Source: Octopus vulgaris
Lineage: Eukaryota
Assembly (NCBI GenBank): GCA_951406725.2
Contig: OX597816.1
Location: 119,784,001 to 119,848,000, forward strand
DNA length: 64,000 bases
Direction: 5' to 3'
The first letter of the stretch is position 1. Each line of letters opens with the position of its first letter. Positions 49,901 to 63,215 of this stretch are shown here, one piece after another. Position numbers and translations under genes: made by a program. Below the pieces are notes generated by a model. The model did no database searches. It was given only the letters and a program-made list of their open reading frames with translations, and had not been told where the DNA came from.

Positions 49901-52900
49901 CAATTAAAATTATCTAAATTTGACAAGTCATGGCAACCTAAAATAACTCCATAAATGTAACATTTATCTGATGTTTTAACAAACAGTTCCATCTTTTTCT
50001 ACTAACTCCAGTGAAAGAAAAAATCACAACCCCATGTTTTGACATTAAATAAACATTACATACCATTTTGCTAAAATGAGTGCAGTATCACCAGCTAAAA
50101 TTATAACAGATTAAAACTTTATTATTCTAACATACTCTGAATCAGAAATGATGAAAAGAATGAGTAATAGTTTCAGAATGGCACAACAGGCACCACTAAA
50201 TGATAAAACATCTTTCATGACAACCATGATGTACTGGGGATCAATGATAAGCAATGTAATATATCAAAAATGTAAATGATCCACAAATATCTCATCTCAG
50301 ACAGCTCTAAAGCTAAATGTGACCAACTGAAAGATATACATTGAGAGAAGTATGCATTTGCTAATGACAATCAATTACGGGAATTATACCTCATTAAAAT
50401 TCATATAGCACAACTAAGATTCAGTACCTAAATAAAATACAACATAAAGCTCTTAACATTTATTGTAACTAATAATCCATGCAAAAGATTGGGGAACCTA
50501 TGTTGAAATCAAAATTTTTTTTAAAATCAATTTAAAAAAAAAAACAACACATTTTTATCAATATGAATGATTAACAATTGCTTGAAACAACTGACACCTG
50601 CCTTGTAATGTTTTCTCCAAATTCTGGCAGGGAAAAAAGCTACTATAACACTATGTGCTTCAGTTAAAATTAGGGAGGGCCCAAAGGAGTGTTAATAAAA
50701 TTCATATGCCAGTAATGTGACAAGTGAATCCAAGGTACAACTTTCCATTCATCATATAACATATAAATACATTTTTATAGCTGGATACCCTTCTTAATAT
50801 CAAAGTGGAAATGGTGTCTCTCTTTTTCAATTGATGCAACAAAAGGAATGTTAAGTTGAAATTTCAGCAAGCTGTAAACATTGTTACTGTGTTATCAATT
50901 AGTAAAAATCCAATTCAAAAGTTGTTTGCTTTTTTTAATGGGTTACAAATATCAGTGATTCTCCAATCCATATATTTTCTTAAGAAACAATTTTCCAACT
51001 GAACTAGTACTATAGAGACAACATTACATTAAATACTTTGGCATAGTGACTATTAATTGTTGATAAAGGAGAATTTCTAAAACCAACATAACATAAGCTA
51101 AGAGGCAAGAACCCTTACCTCTAGGCTAAATTGTTACAGCAGTGGAAAGAAGAAACTGACAAAAATGAGCAAGTTTAAGTTGTTACATTTGTTTCATAGA
51201 TCAATACAAAATGAAACAGAATATAAAAATATTGTTTCCACATACTTCAATATTAAACAAATCTAATGTCCTTACAGATTACATTATGTTCTACACATTT
51301 CATATAACCAGGTTAATTTTCTGAAACTTTAACTGTTCATTGAAACTAATCTATATTGAAAAATATTACAACTCCATCACTCATTTTAATATAAAACCAA
51401 AGAGATTAATAAGCAATTATTACTTTGAAGATATAAAACATGTACTGTATAATTAACAAAATTCTCCCACATAAGCATCTTCATATGGTTAGGAAATATT
51501 ACATCTTGTCTTTTTATACCTGCAATTTGTATGTGCTACAAAAGAAATATACATCAACATTCAAATGTTTTCTATTAAAAACAGTTTTAGAAACATTTCT
51601 CAAATATATTACATTCACTTAGCTCATACCAAAATCACATGGCAAAGAGAATCATACATTATAGCAATACTGAAATTATATTGAAAGCTGCAAAACAAAT
51701 TTAATCTTTCGGCAAATATTGAGAAAAACTGAAGACAATACTCTGATTAAATGCCTAAGTCAGCAAGCTAAAATAAGTATCAACTTCATAAATAACTATA
51801 CTTGAATATATTCATTTAATTAAATGTAAAGAAAACTTTAGTATAAAAATTTATTAAATAAGAGAGTAACTCAAGATATTTTGCTATGTGAGTAATTTTT
51901 GAAAATACGTCAATTCAAGGGAGGGAAAAAAGCTATTGTGAACCAAGTTCAGTAGGTTTTCAGTACAGCTAACACAAGAAACTATGTGGCAGTAAAGTAA
52001 AGATGTTTACTATGGGTGTTTCTAAACAAATTCCAAAGTGCAAAGAAATGCATTCTCAGGGTTAACTTTAAAAAGTGAAAAATTCCTGGCAGTATTTTTC
52101 CCCTAATTACTATATATAATACTAGTTTGTTTTTTTTCTTTTGTGAGGGAGGGTTGTTTTTTTTTCTATTTTAAATTTCTAATCACATTTTTCAAAATAC
52201 ATTATATTGTATTTTTTTAGAACCAATTTTTGACTCCAGTCCTAATAAAGACATAGAAAATACATAAATCTAAAGATTTTTGCAAACAATTTTTTTCTTT
52301 TCAAATTACCTATTTTCATTTTTTTTTAAATTCAGAATATTAATATTCCGTACTTAACAAATAAACAGAGAAAAAGTAGACATTTAAGCCCTTAAAACAT
52401 TTGCTTGGGTGATTGATATTTTTGTTTTGAGTTTTGCAGGAGATTTTTTTCCAATAACATTAAGGCAGAAGGGAGCATTACAATAAGTTAGTCATTTCCT
52501 AAAGGAGTAAAATACGAAATAAAATTAGCAACTCATAAATTAATATCTAATACAAGTAGTAGTAGTAATAAAACCTCCTCAAATAAGCAAATTCAATTAT
52601 CAAATAAATACTGAGGATACATGGTTAAAATTTAATCAAAATAATTCTTAAATGAAATAAGCGTATGTTAAATATCAAATTTTAGTTGTTATGTATTAAG
52701 TTGCATTATTCTGTAACAGTGAAATATAGTTGTATGGGAATATAACTTCAACACCAGATGTCATGAAAGTATTATCACAGTTTTATGATACAAAAAAAAT
52801 TGAAATAAATGAACCCTTTTAAGTTAAATTTGGGCCATAATAAATCTATTACTCTTTCTGCACTTCTGCAGCAAATCTTTTAGAAAAATTATAATTAAGA

Positions 52901-54498
52901 AATAAATTTATAAAGAGAAAGTATCAGCCTTAGGGATCAATTGCAACTAGGAACATGTACCATCATCTCTCTAATAATTCTTCTGGAGAACACCTTCCAA
53001 CAATATTGGAATATAATTTTGATCTAATTCAAAATTTGAATCCACCAACAGATATTATTTTGCCATATTTTTCATACATTCTTAAATGACCTTTAAAATT
53101 AGAAAACATAGTATCTGTCATCTATTTGAATGTTTTAAGATGTATATTAACTACAGAGCTAAGCTACAATTTATTATCAGCCTTACCATTTAATATTATT
53201 GTTGCTATTTATAAGTCAGAAGGTGGTAAGAAAGTTGGTTGAAAACATCTTCAGCTATAATTTATTAAAATAGAAGTAGTTTTAATCATGGAGAGAAAAA
53301 AATATTACTAAGGAGGTGTTGTTAAAAACTACTAATTAAAAAGTGCCGAGTCAACATTTGCAGATAAATTTACATATAACAAAATACACATAAGGTTTTG
53401 CAATGACAAAAGAAAGAAAATAAATAAATCACAGAATTTAAAAGAGAAAAAAAAATGGACCAAAACTGTTGTTAAATTCAAATAACTGTATAAAATGAAG
53501 TTAGATCTAAGATGGCTTGGTTAAGAAATTATTAGAGAGATTGCAGTAAATATACACTAGATTAAGACACTTGTGATAAATAACTGGGTCAAATATAGTC
53601 ATTTCACCCAATGGATTATGTGTGTGTGTAATAGAAATGTAAACAGTCAGACCAGCAACAAATTGTCTCTCACTTCGAACCTGTCAGCAACAAAAGGAAC
53701 ACACTGTTGACTACAAATCAGAAGTAGAAATGAGTGCAAAAATTTATACAAGATGCATTCAAGTCAAAACTGACAACAGTTAACTAAATATTTGTAGCTT
53801 GCTATTTCTTTAAACAAGAAACAGCAGGGAAAAGTTTGGGATTAGGGCAAGGGAAATTGCAGGATTACAGGTGCAGATACTTTTCAGACAATATCTTTCA
53901 AAGTATTTAAAAACATGGGGAGATTATTACAGTACTACACCCTGCAACTCTACAATAAAAATGTGCAACATGAAAATTTTGTTTAGTCTTAATGTCTGTT
54001 TTTATTGTTTTGTTTTTGTTATTTTTTTCTGCTTTTTATGTTTGTTATATGGAAAGTGAAAACCATAAGGATAGAACGAAATGATTGTGATGTGTTAAAG
54101 ACAGAGAGAAAAGCCAAAAGAAATGTACAAAAATGTGAAAAAGGAAGACGAGGTACCAAATGTGAATTAGTTAAAGCAAAAGATGTTAAAGAAACAAGGG
54201 CAAATCAAAATGATCACACAAACGAGTGGTAAATGAAAAGAAACTAATAATTATTAACATGATGTAAGGACAATGTACATTGCAAATATGAAAAACTAAT
54301 TTCCTGGGCATTTTGTTAGATTTGTTGTTTTTTTGTGTATTTTTAAGGAGTGGAAGAGGGAGTGATTTTACGTGGACGTTCTAAATGTGTTGTGAGAAAA
54401 GAGAAAACAAATTCAATCTGTTGAGATTTGCTGCCACCCTGAGAAGTCTAATATGCCAGTTGCATGTTTACCAGCTCATTTTAATGTTCAATAATTCT
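46965..54498 (-). other. TFDP1: Putative long TFDP1 3'UTR ending near AATAAA at 46991-46986
   Basis: ~7.5 kb nearly repeat-free AT-rich tract after the stop; minus-strand AATAAA at its distal edge followed by U/GU-rich sequence. Confidence 0.45.
48105..48305 (-). mobile_element. Family D SINE, the only clear SINE inside the putative TFDP1 3'UTR
   Basis: TTTCAAATTTTGGCACAAGGCCAGCA...GAATTTGAACTCAGAA. Confidence 0.8.
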
Positions 54499-54709
54499 CT
54501 AGTTAACTTCCGGTTGATTACTAGAGTCATCAGAATCACAATCATCAGAATAATGTTCTGAAGGGGTTTCTACATGATTTCCCCGTGAGGGAACTTGATT
54601 TAAAAAATCCTGCCCAATAGAAGTTAGTACATCTTTAAAGTCATTGCTTCGACAACCATTGTCAGGAAGTGGGGTCGCCAGAGGAGAACTGGGAGCCAAA
54701 GTTTTACAC
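54499..54709 (-). CDS. TFDP1: TFDP1 terminal coding exon ([69 protein letters not shown])
   Basis: tttttAG acceptor, VETP + acidic tail, TAG stop. Confidence 0.85.
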
Positions 54710-57700
54710 CTAAAAAATAAAGTATAAATAAAATGTAGTAAGATGCTTTCCAACATATTACAGTATTCTCCAAATACATCAGTGCAGCCTTGAGATTAAA
54801 GTAATAAATTTAGAACAAGCTTCTTCAACTCCATTTGATTTTAATAATGTCCACTTTTTAAAAAACATCTGGCAAGATAACACAGCTGAAATATCACTAA
54901 AATCATCCTTTATAAAATGCTTATATTGTTAGTTCTTAAAGATCTTGAAGAGCATTCAGCACAAAATTTTTTTTCTTTTTATAAAACAATGACTCATATC
55001 AAAAAACAGACAACTGCCAATGCATAAACCTCAATGGGTTTATTGCTCTATAGGAACCTGCACCAATTATATATAATGTCCAAAGATATTTTCAATCAGT
55101 CCCACAAAGAGATTAAAAATAAAATAAGGAAAATTAATCATTGAAATTACTAGTTAGAGAATTGTTACTACAACATTAATAAGTTTGATGACAATTTTAA
55201 ATTGATCTTAAAAAGTTATGTCAATGATTATAATTAAAATAAATGCTTTAATAATGCTTAATAGCATAGTGGGATACAAACTCACAATCCTCTTAGCTAA
55301 TTAAATTAGAAATAAAAAAAACATACAAGAAACCTTCAAGATTTCAGTGTTTTTTGTTTTCCCAGTAAAGTGCGAACAAATACATACCCCCGATGAAAAG
55401 ATGTATCAGTATTTCCACCAACTGGTGATATATCAGTAGGATTAATACACAATGTCCCAGCAGTACCAGCTTCAGTCAATCCTGAAATAAGTAAAAAGTT
55501 ATCTTAAGACAAAATGACACATCTAGATAATAAAATGTGCAAGAAAGCAGCAACAAATAAGATATCGTATGATTTTGCCTTCACTTAGAATTTTTATTTT
55601 ATATCATTAAAGGCACAGGTACATAGTTTTTAATTCAGTCCCAAAGGGTGGCACCTTGGACAAGTGTCTTCTATACCCCCCAGGCTGACCAAAGCCTTGT
55701 AAATGGATTTGGTAAACAGAAACCAAAAGTGTGTGTGTTTGTATATATATATATCAATATCTACGTTTCCAGGATCATCTGGATCACATGAGCTAGTGTG
55801 TGTGTGTGTGTGTACTTGTGTGAATAAGTTTGTATTTCCCTTGTTTTCATGTGTCCACTGATTGTAAACAAAAGCATGTCCAGGATTCTTGATATGTTGC
55901 ATGATTCTAGTAAACATAAGGCTTGTTCATATTGTGTTATTTGTTGCCAGTTTCCCATGTAAAACATCCAGGTTGTTTGTTGTTTGACAGACTAGACTAT
56001 TACCTCACTTAGAAACAGATTAAGAGTGGCATCTAACTGTAAAAAAAACTTTGCCCAAACATACCCTTATCAGATCCATGTAAGCATGGAAAAGTAGACA
56101 TTAAAAGATAGATAGATATTTAGTTTCCATTTACACTTTCTTATAGTTTACAAAAATTACTTTTACAGTAAATGGGGAGCAATTTTGTGTAGACATTCTT
56201 TCCTAAATTAGAAAAGAAAATTGGATTACATTTCCTCCCACCCTAAGAAATTTTAACATGTCAGTTAAGATTTCTGTAATCCTCTAGTTAACTTCCTACC
56301 CATAACAATACAGATCACATTAGATCAATGTTCTAAAAGCAGTTTTAACATTCTAACATTTTACAATTAATACTTGTACATATTGGTATATAATTCTAGT
56401 CTAATAGATCTAATTCTCAGAGGCAGTGACATGTGACCAAGACCTTTGGCGATATACCATGCTGGTGTTGACCTGTCAAACCAAGTGAGACCATAGTCAT
56501 GGCTGATGCCGGTGTCAAGTCAATGGCACGTAAAAAACACCCACTACTCTTGGAGTGGTTGACATTAGGAAGGGCATCCAACCATAGAAACCTTGCCATA
56601 TCAGATTGGAACCTGATGCAGACACCTGGCTTACAGCTTTCAGTCAAACCAGCCAACCCATGCCAACATGGAAAGCTGACATTAAATTATGATGATATCA
56701 AAACAATATATTCAGAGACGTGATCACTTCTGGAGTGATTTCATTTCACCTAGCTCTGAATTATATTGTTTTGTTAATGTTACACATCTTTTAATCTTTT
56801 AGTATTCTAACTGGTCATATCCAGCCAAAATGTTCTACCTGTTTTATGCTCAAACTGGCCAGATCTGGCATCTCAGATCTACCCCATAATGTCATTGTAA
56901 ATATAAGCAGTCACATCAAAATCTCACAGCTACAACTTAATGCATAATAAATTCAAACAATATGAATAAATAAGTATTACATTTGCCAGTAAAGGCACAA
57001 GGCCCAGTGATTAGAGCATCGGGCTCACAATCATGAGGTAGTGGGTGTTCAATTCTCAGACCAGGTTGTGTGTTGTGTTCTTGCTTAAGACACTTTATTT
57101 CTCGTTGCTCCAGTTCACTCAGTTATAGAAATGAGTTTTGACATCACTAGTGTTAAGCTGTATCAGCCGTTGCCTTTCCTTTCGATAACATGGAGAGCAA
57201 AGACTGGTATCAATGGGCGACTGCTAGTCTTTCATAAACAACCTTGCCTGGACTTGTGCCTCAGAGGATAACTTTCTAGGTGCAATCCCATGGTCATTCA
57301 TGACCGACGGGGGTCTTTACCTTTTACATCTGAAAGAGATACCTGAATGCTAATAGGTTAAAGGAATTTTTCTGGATGATAAACTCCAGCTCCTGATATT
57401 TAAACAACATACGTATATTAATTATGTGGGAATGATAATGTTTACATTATAGGGCTTCTTCTATTGCATAATCTGCAACAATCTTATATTATGCATGTCA
57501 GAAGATAAAAAGAAACGATCACTGCTGAAATCTATGGTCGTAAATTGGTTTTCTTGATTGTATGACTGTAACAGGGAATAAAGCCAATGCTAGTATGATC
57601 AGTGTAGGACCATAGATAAGTTATAGCTAGCTGAAACAAAACATTTTCAAACTAACAATTTGGAAATGTAAGAATATATTTACTTAACTGACACTTATTA

Positions 57701-60700
57701 CTACTTTACTAACAATACATTAGCAATTCCCTGTCCCTGAACAGCTTAAATTCACCCTTTCCCGAGGAATGGCTCTACGTTCCAACCACATCATCCCAGG
57801 TTCAATCCCATTGCATGGCACTTTGAGTGTCTTGTACCATAGCCTCAGGTTGGCCAATACTTAAGAGTGAAATTTTGTTAATAGAAACCATGTGTCAGAC
57901 CATTGTCTAAGTGTCAATGTGTATTAACAAACCACGATTAAAAAAAAAAACCTAAAATTTACAAAGAGAAATATCCTACAGTATTTAAGCCAATAAAATT
58001 ATCTTGCTTCATTGATTTTGCATTTCACAACCTATGAACATACAATAAATACCCAAGTACTAGAGCCAACATAATCAAAAAGACCCAATCAAGATACTGA
58101 AGCATAGCCAAAGAAAATATCCATGATTAGTCGCAGGGCCCTCAGAGTTTGGTAAGAGAAAGGGATGAAACCACAAATCAAGGGTTCTAGTGGTAGGAAG
58201 CAACACATGAAGAAATTGAGTTATCTGCAGCCTCTCAACAAATCCACCATCTAAGAACAGGTACAGTCTGATGGATTTTCAGTTTCCATATATACAACAT
58301 CACTTAGGCAGCCACAAAGGGTATGGTAGAAGAGTATTACCCTCTTGCTCTGACACCTTTTTACCACTATCTCTTCTGTCTACCCTCTGGTGCTGGTAAA
58401 CAAAAAAAAAAAAAAAAGGTAAGAGTAGAAAGGGTTCTTTAACTTTACCAGAAGGAAGACAAATTCTTGAATGCTGGTGCCATAATAAAACATTCAGTAC
58501 ACTTTGTAAAACAGTTGGCAAATAAATGGGGACTTTTATTTAATCTTGCCATGGTTAAACCAACATCTGTAGTGTTAGAGTGACAATACAATTCACTCAG
58601 TATTGTGGGTGAATTTCATTGAGATACTGAACCTATAAAGTGGTTGATGAAATAATGGAGATAACACAGAATAGAGAGGGCCTTTAACCCATTAGTGCCC
58701 AAATTTTTTTATTTAATTTATTATCAAAAATTATAAATATATATAAAAAAAATTTATTACAATATTTGAAAGACACTCCAGTCTTGATGACTAACTAAAA
58801 ATATCTCAGAAAAATACAAGTGTTGCAGAAATATGATGGATTATCCTTCAGGTCCTAAAAAAAAGACCATAGGCACTAATGGGTTAATGAGAATATAACA
58901 AATCTTTAGTGTGAGCCATGATAGAATGCATCCAATAAAATTACTGGCAACAGAAAACATGCCAAAAATGGAAAATCCAATGCAATATACTTCTCAAATC
59001 TTCTAGCCAGTCCCATCCAAACCATTTCAGCATGACAAAGTAAACATAACATAATGATGACAACATATTATTACCGAATCAACATTATTTTTACAGCATT
59101 TATTCTTTACTTGTTACTAATGGTATAAAAACTGACAAAAATTGAAGCATCCACAAGTATTTGTTTGTGAACGAGTTAAATATTTCTTAAGGAACAAATG
59201 GTGGGCAGCTTGTTCAGCTATTAGGACTTATAATGTTGCAAATACTATAAACACTATCAGAAACATCTTTGCTTACCAGATAAGACTTTTAAATACCACA
59301 AAAGTAAAATTAAAACACTTAACATCTGAGGTAACATTCTTAAAACAAATGAAATCAATGAAACACATTACCATTCTTTTTTGAGAAAGATTAACAGATT
59401 TAAAGTTGTAGTGTAGAACATCGAAAGCATAAGCTCTACAAATCTTTTGAAAGAAACAATGTATCAAAAGAATAGCCATTAAATTAAACCATGTAAATTT
59501 ATTAACATATTCTTAGAAAATAAATTGCTACTACAACAACCTCCTTCATAGAAGCCCTTAAATCTGACATGATTATTTTGCAGTGGAAGAAACAGATAAA
59601 AAGAGTCTTTGCGAAACTGGAAATTTAAAAGGCACTGTATTTAGGTGCAGACATGGCTATGTTTAAAAGCAGTCTGCTTCCCAATCACATGGTCCCAAGT
59701 TCATTCCCACAATCCGGCATCTTGAGCAAGTGTTTTCTACTATAGCCCCAAGCCAAACAATGGATTACGAGTGAATTTGGTGGGCAGAAACTGAAAGAAG
59801 CTCTTTGTGTGTATGTGTGCACTGGTGTCTCCTTGTCTTGACATCACATGACAGTTGTAAGTGAGTGTCACTGTTATCCAAAGTGATGTCATTTATTTCC
59901 AATATTCTGTGAGAACATGGACAAACAATGGGGAAAATATTACCATGACTAGAAACAGGTGAAGGATGGTGATAGGAAGGGCATCAGGCCATAGAAAATC
60001 TCCCTCCAACCCATGCAAGCATATAAAAATGGATGTTAAATGATGATGAAGATGATGTATTACAATTTACATTCAATCAGAGCCAATAAAATGTATCAAC
60101 TCCAACCCCACTACACTGGGCTTGTTCTAATCACCATAACTATAACCTTGTAAATTTTTTTACTTCTAATGTGGGAAAAGTTCTGTACTGCAAATATCTA
60201 CAACTGCAATTCAAATGATGTCATTTGGAGTTGAAAACCAAAACCAAGCACTCTTCTGAATGAGAAACAGTTCAGCTTCTTTTTAGAAAGAGCTTTGTCA
60301 AAAGATTCCTGTTTACAGCATATGTCTATTCTTTGCATTTTTTGAGTAAATTTCTCTGGGTATTTTCCTCCTTTGATTTTCAAACGTAATGACTGTTAAT
60401 ACCTCAAGGGATGAGTTAGAATTCAGGGATTGGACTCCAATGAGTGATATTCCAGTGTCATCTATAAACACGAGGGAAGTAATATCAGGATTAGTCATAA
60501 TGTAGTTCATACTGCAATCATGCTGTTGATACTGTATAGTAAGAATTCAAAACTTCGAACAAAAACTTTTTAATTCACTGATATATTTTAAACGTAGGCC
60601 TCTGCATACTTACAGTTGGGTTATGAGAAGAGTATAGTTATTGTGATAAAAGTTTTAAAAAAAACACTAATTTGTTGAGCTTTACAAAACTTTTGAATAA

Positions 60701-63215
60701 TTGAGATGAAGGCTTATCTCAGAATTTTTTCTCATAGGAGTTGTGTGAGTCTAATTGGAGCATAAATACAGCTCTGAGAAAAGAAATCAATGTCTCTGAC
60801 TCAATATATGTGAAAGCAACTACGGGTAATCAACTTCACTGTATTCAACCTACCTTAGCAAGTAACATGGCAACAGGTAAATACCAGAGTTACAATGTAC
60901 ACCAACAATCATTATATATCAGCCAATTTCAGAGAAATTTACAAGTTATGATTTATTGGACAAACTGCATTTCATCAAAATTTCTAGTTTCTAACAGGAC
61001 TGGGAGATTTGTATAGTTTCCATTTGTTGTACTTTCTATTACAGTATGATACTTAAAAGGGTGGAGTTAGCCCCATATCCAGCCCACAAGCTGTTTTCAA
61101 CTGGCCTTTGCCTTGAAACCTACAGACTGTATGATCCCCATAAATATAATCTTCAGAATCACAGAGGTTCAAAAGCTTTACCAGAGGAGAAACACCACTT
61201 GGAAGGCAGAAAGAACGCATGTGGAAGAATTGATAAAAACTGTATAAATTTATGTTCAGAACCAACTGTCGTATATGGAACAATGACAAAAACTGTTTAA
61301 ATTTATATTTAACACTAATCATTCACTATTATGTTATTGTTTTAACCCTTTAGTGTTTGCATTTTTCTGCCAAAATTAATCCTTTTTTACCCACATTGTT
61401 TTGAACTAATCATGCATTATCTTGTAGCTATGAGATTTTGATGAGGTAGCTGTTAATTTTTAAAATGATATTGTAGGGTTGGTGTGAGAGACCAGATCTG
61501 GCCAGTTTGAACATAAAACAGACAGAATACTTTTGGCCGGATATGGCCGGTTTAAATGCTAAAGGGTTAAAGCTACTGTAGACCTCAACAAAAATACAAA
61601 CATGATTAATGAGAAATTTAAGTAATTCCTATATCTCCTCAGAATGATCAGAGAGTGGAGCATGTCCATAAATTTGCTCATCCTATCACAGGACATACAG
61701 AAAAAGGAGAATTATCTAAGAATTACAATAAAAAGTAGATTTATATTTAGCATTAACTATTAACTACATTCTTGTTTAAGAAATATTTTTTGTGGTTATT
61801 GTTGGTTCAGGTTTGTATTGCTATTGAATATGCTCATGAAGTTATCTTCAGAAGTACAAAATTTATTTTGATTTTCCATAACTGAAGGTGGTAGAAAATG
61901 GGCTGAAACTGTCCATGTTTTAAAATTACTATTACTGTAACAATAGTATTGTTAAACATTATTGATATCATTCATAATTTGAGTAACTTCAATTATTTTA
62001 CTTCATACTGAAGTCTCTATGTAGTCACTGAAGTTGCAACAAATTGCAACCAAACCTCATCTCCTGAAACCCTTCCTATCTTAAACAGCAATATAAAAAA
62101 AAAATCATAGAATGATAGAACCACAACCTTTCACCAAAACACAGTAATATAATAATACAAACATGAATAACAACAATACAAAATAACTTCCAACTGCACT
62201 TAAAATAGTACTTATGGCAACATAAAGAACAACTTCAAAAGAATATAATGTCAACAGAAAGTGAACAAGAAATGAAGAGGTTTAAAAGATGGAAACAGGA
62301 ACTAGGTCACATTGAATGAGAAACTGGATTGTTTGATAAGAGTGAAAAGGGTTAAGAGCCAATGAAAATGCATTGCAAAAAAAACATTTTGCTGACTATA
62401 TCAAACAGGAACTGTAAAAATGTTGCTATTCATCCTAATACATGTGAAAATTACATATATATATATACCTGTATACACGTGTGTGTGTTATTATGAGAGA
62501 ATTCTGGAAGTTTTGAGGATTTTTTGTCTGAGTCAGCAGGTATTACAGTATATTTATCAATATATCTATTTTACTATTTCCAAATTCTGCCAGCATTAAC
62601 CTTACCTTACATCCATCTGCGGTTGATAAAATAAGTACCAACCAGAAACTGAGGTTGGTTTTCATCAACTATACAATTCCCCAAACTTTGAAACCTTGCT
62701 TTCATGTTAGAAACCAATATCATTTTACTTACCATAGTGCAAGTAAAACGATAAACATAGAATGAAAATACAAAAACAAAATTTTAAACCAAAAAGTGAG
62801 TTTTCTTTCCTTCCTTTACAATCCTGCCCACCTTTCAAAGACCCGACAGAAGAAATCATTGACTCTGGAAATACTTTCTGAAATGTAATGATAAAGAATC
62901 TAAAACTCATTACAACCATCTTTCATAATGGAAGTTGGAAGGAAATCAATGCAAATTTTTGTAATTTAGTAAAAAAGATTTACTTCAAAAATTTAGAAAG
63001 AAAGCATATACTTGCTCTCTTTAGAGATTAAAGCAAATTTTAAAAATGTCAAGTCAGTGATAATTTCAATTTAGTTACCCTTAACATAAGGCTCTAAAGC
63101 TTTTGGCACCATATTCACAGCCTTTTCTAAATCTTCTGCCATACCCATGCGCTTGAGAACTTCAATATCATCATGGATCTCAAATGTGTTGTCGAAAGTA
63201 AAAAGGTATTCACAT
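54499..63215 (-). CDS. TFDP1: Transcription factor Dp (DP-1-like), 3' portion; 5' exons lie beyond the window
   Basis: Exon 63215-63079 encodes [45 protein letters not shown], the diagnostic DP C-terminal block. The last exon has RGNHVETPS plus an acidic tail like DP1 SRVETPVSY. Proposed chain: 63215-63079, 60461-60403, 58392-58341, 55481-55388, 54709-54499 (phase-consistent). Confidence 0.9.
55388..55481 (-). CDS. TFDP1: TFDP1 penultimate exon ([32 protein letters not shown])
   Basis: tatttcAG acceptor, GG|GTATGT donor; phase 1 to 2 matches the terminal exon. Confidence 0.75.
56790..57362. mobile_element. piggyBac-like MITE (reverse) with nested SINE at ~56992-57325
   Basis: Matches the reverse complement of 61346-61566; tRNA-like head GGCCCAGTGATTAGAGCA inside. 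Confidence 0.7.
58341..58392 (-). CDS. TFDP1: Putative TFDP1 internal exon ([17 protein letters not shown])
   Basis: Long poly-T tract + taccAG acceptor, G|GTAATA donor; phase 0 in, 1 out, which bridges the 60403-60461 and 55388-55481 exons. Confidence 0.5.
58688..58883. mobile_element. piggyBac-like MITE
   Basis: TTAA|CCCATTAGTGCC ... GGCACTAATGGG|TTAA. Confidence 0.8.
59643..60055 (+). mobile_element. SINE with family B head and family C (RTE-like) tail
   Basis: B-type head, then GGAAGGGCATC..CCAACCCATGCAAGCAT..GTTAAATGATGATG. Confidence 0.7.
60403..60461 (-). CDS. TFDP1: Putative TFDP1 internal exon ([20 protein letters not shown])
   Basis: Branch-like TGACTAAT, pyrimidine tract, tttatAG acceptor, GAG|GTATTA donor; phase 1 in, 0 out; no homology support. 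Confidence 0.5.
61346..61566. mobile_element. piggyBac-like MITE, full length
   Basis: TTAA|CCCTTTAG ... CTAAAGGG|TTAA; partial copies at ~37985-38166, ~30005-30070, ~44075-44985, ~56790-57362. Confidence 0.85.
63079..63215 (-). CDS. TFDP1: TFDP1 exon ([45 protein letters not shown])
   Basis: ttttcatAG acceptor, G|GTAACT donor, [18 protein letters not shown] signature. Confidence 0.95.
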
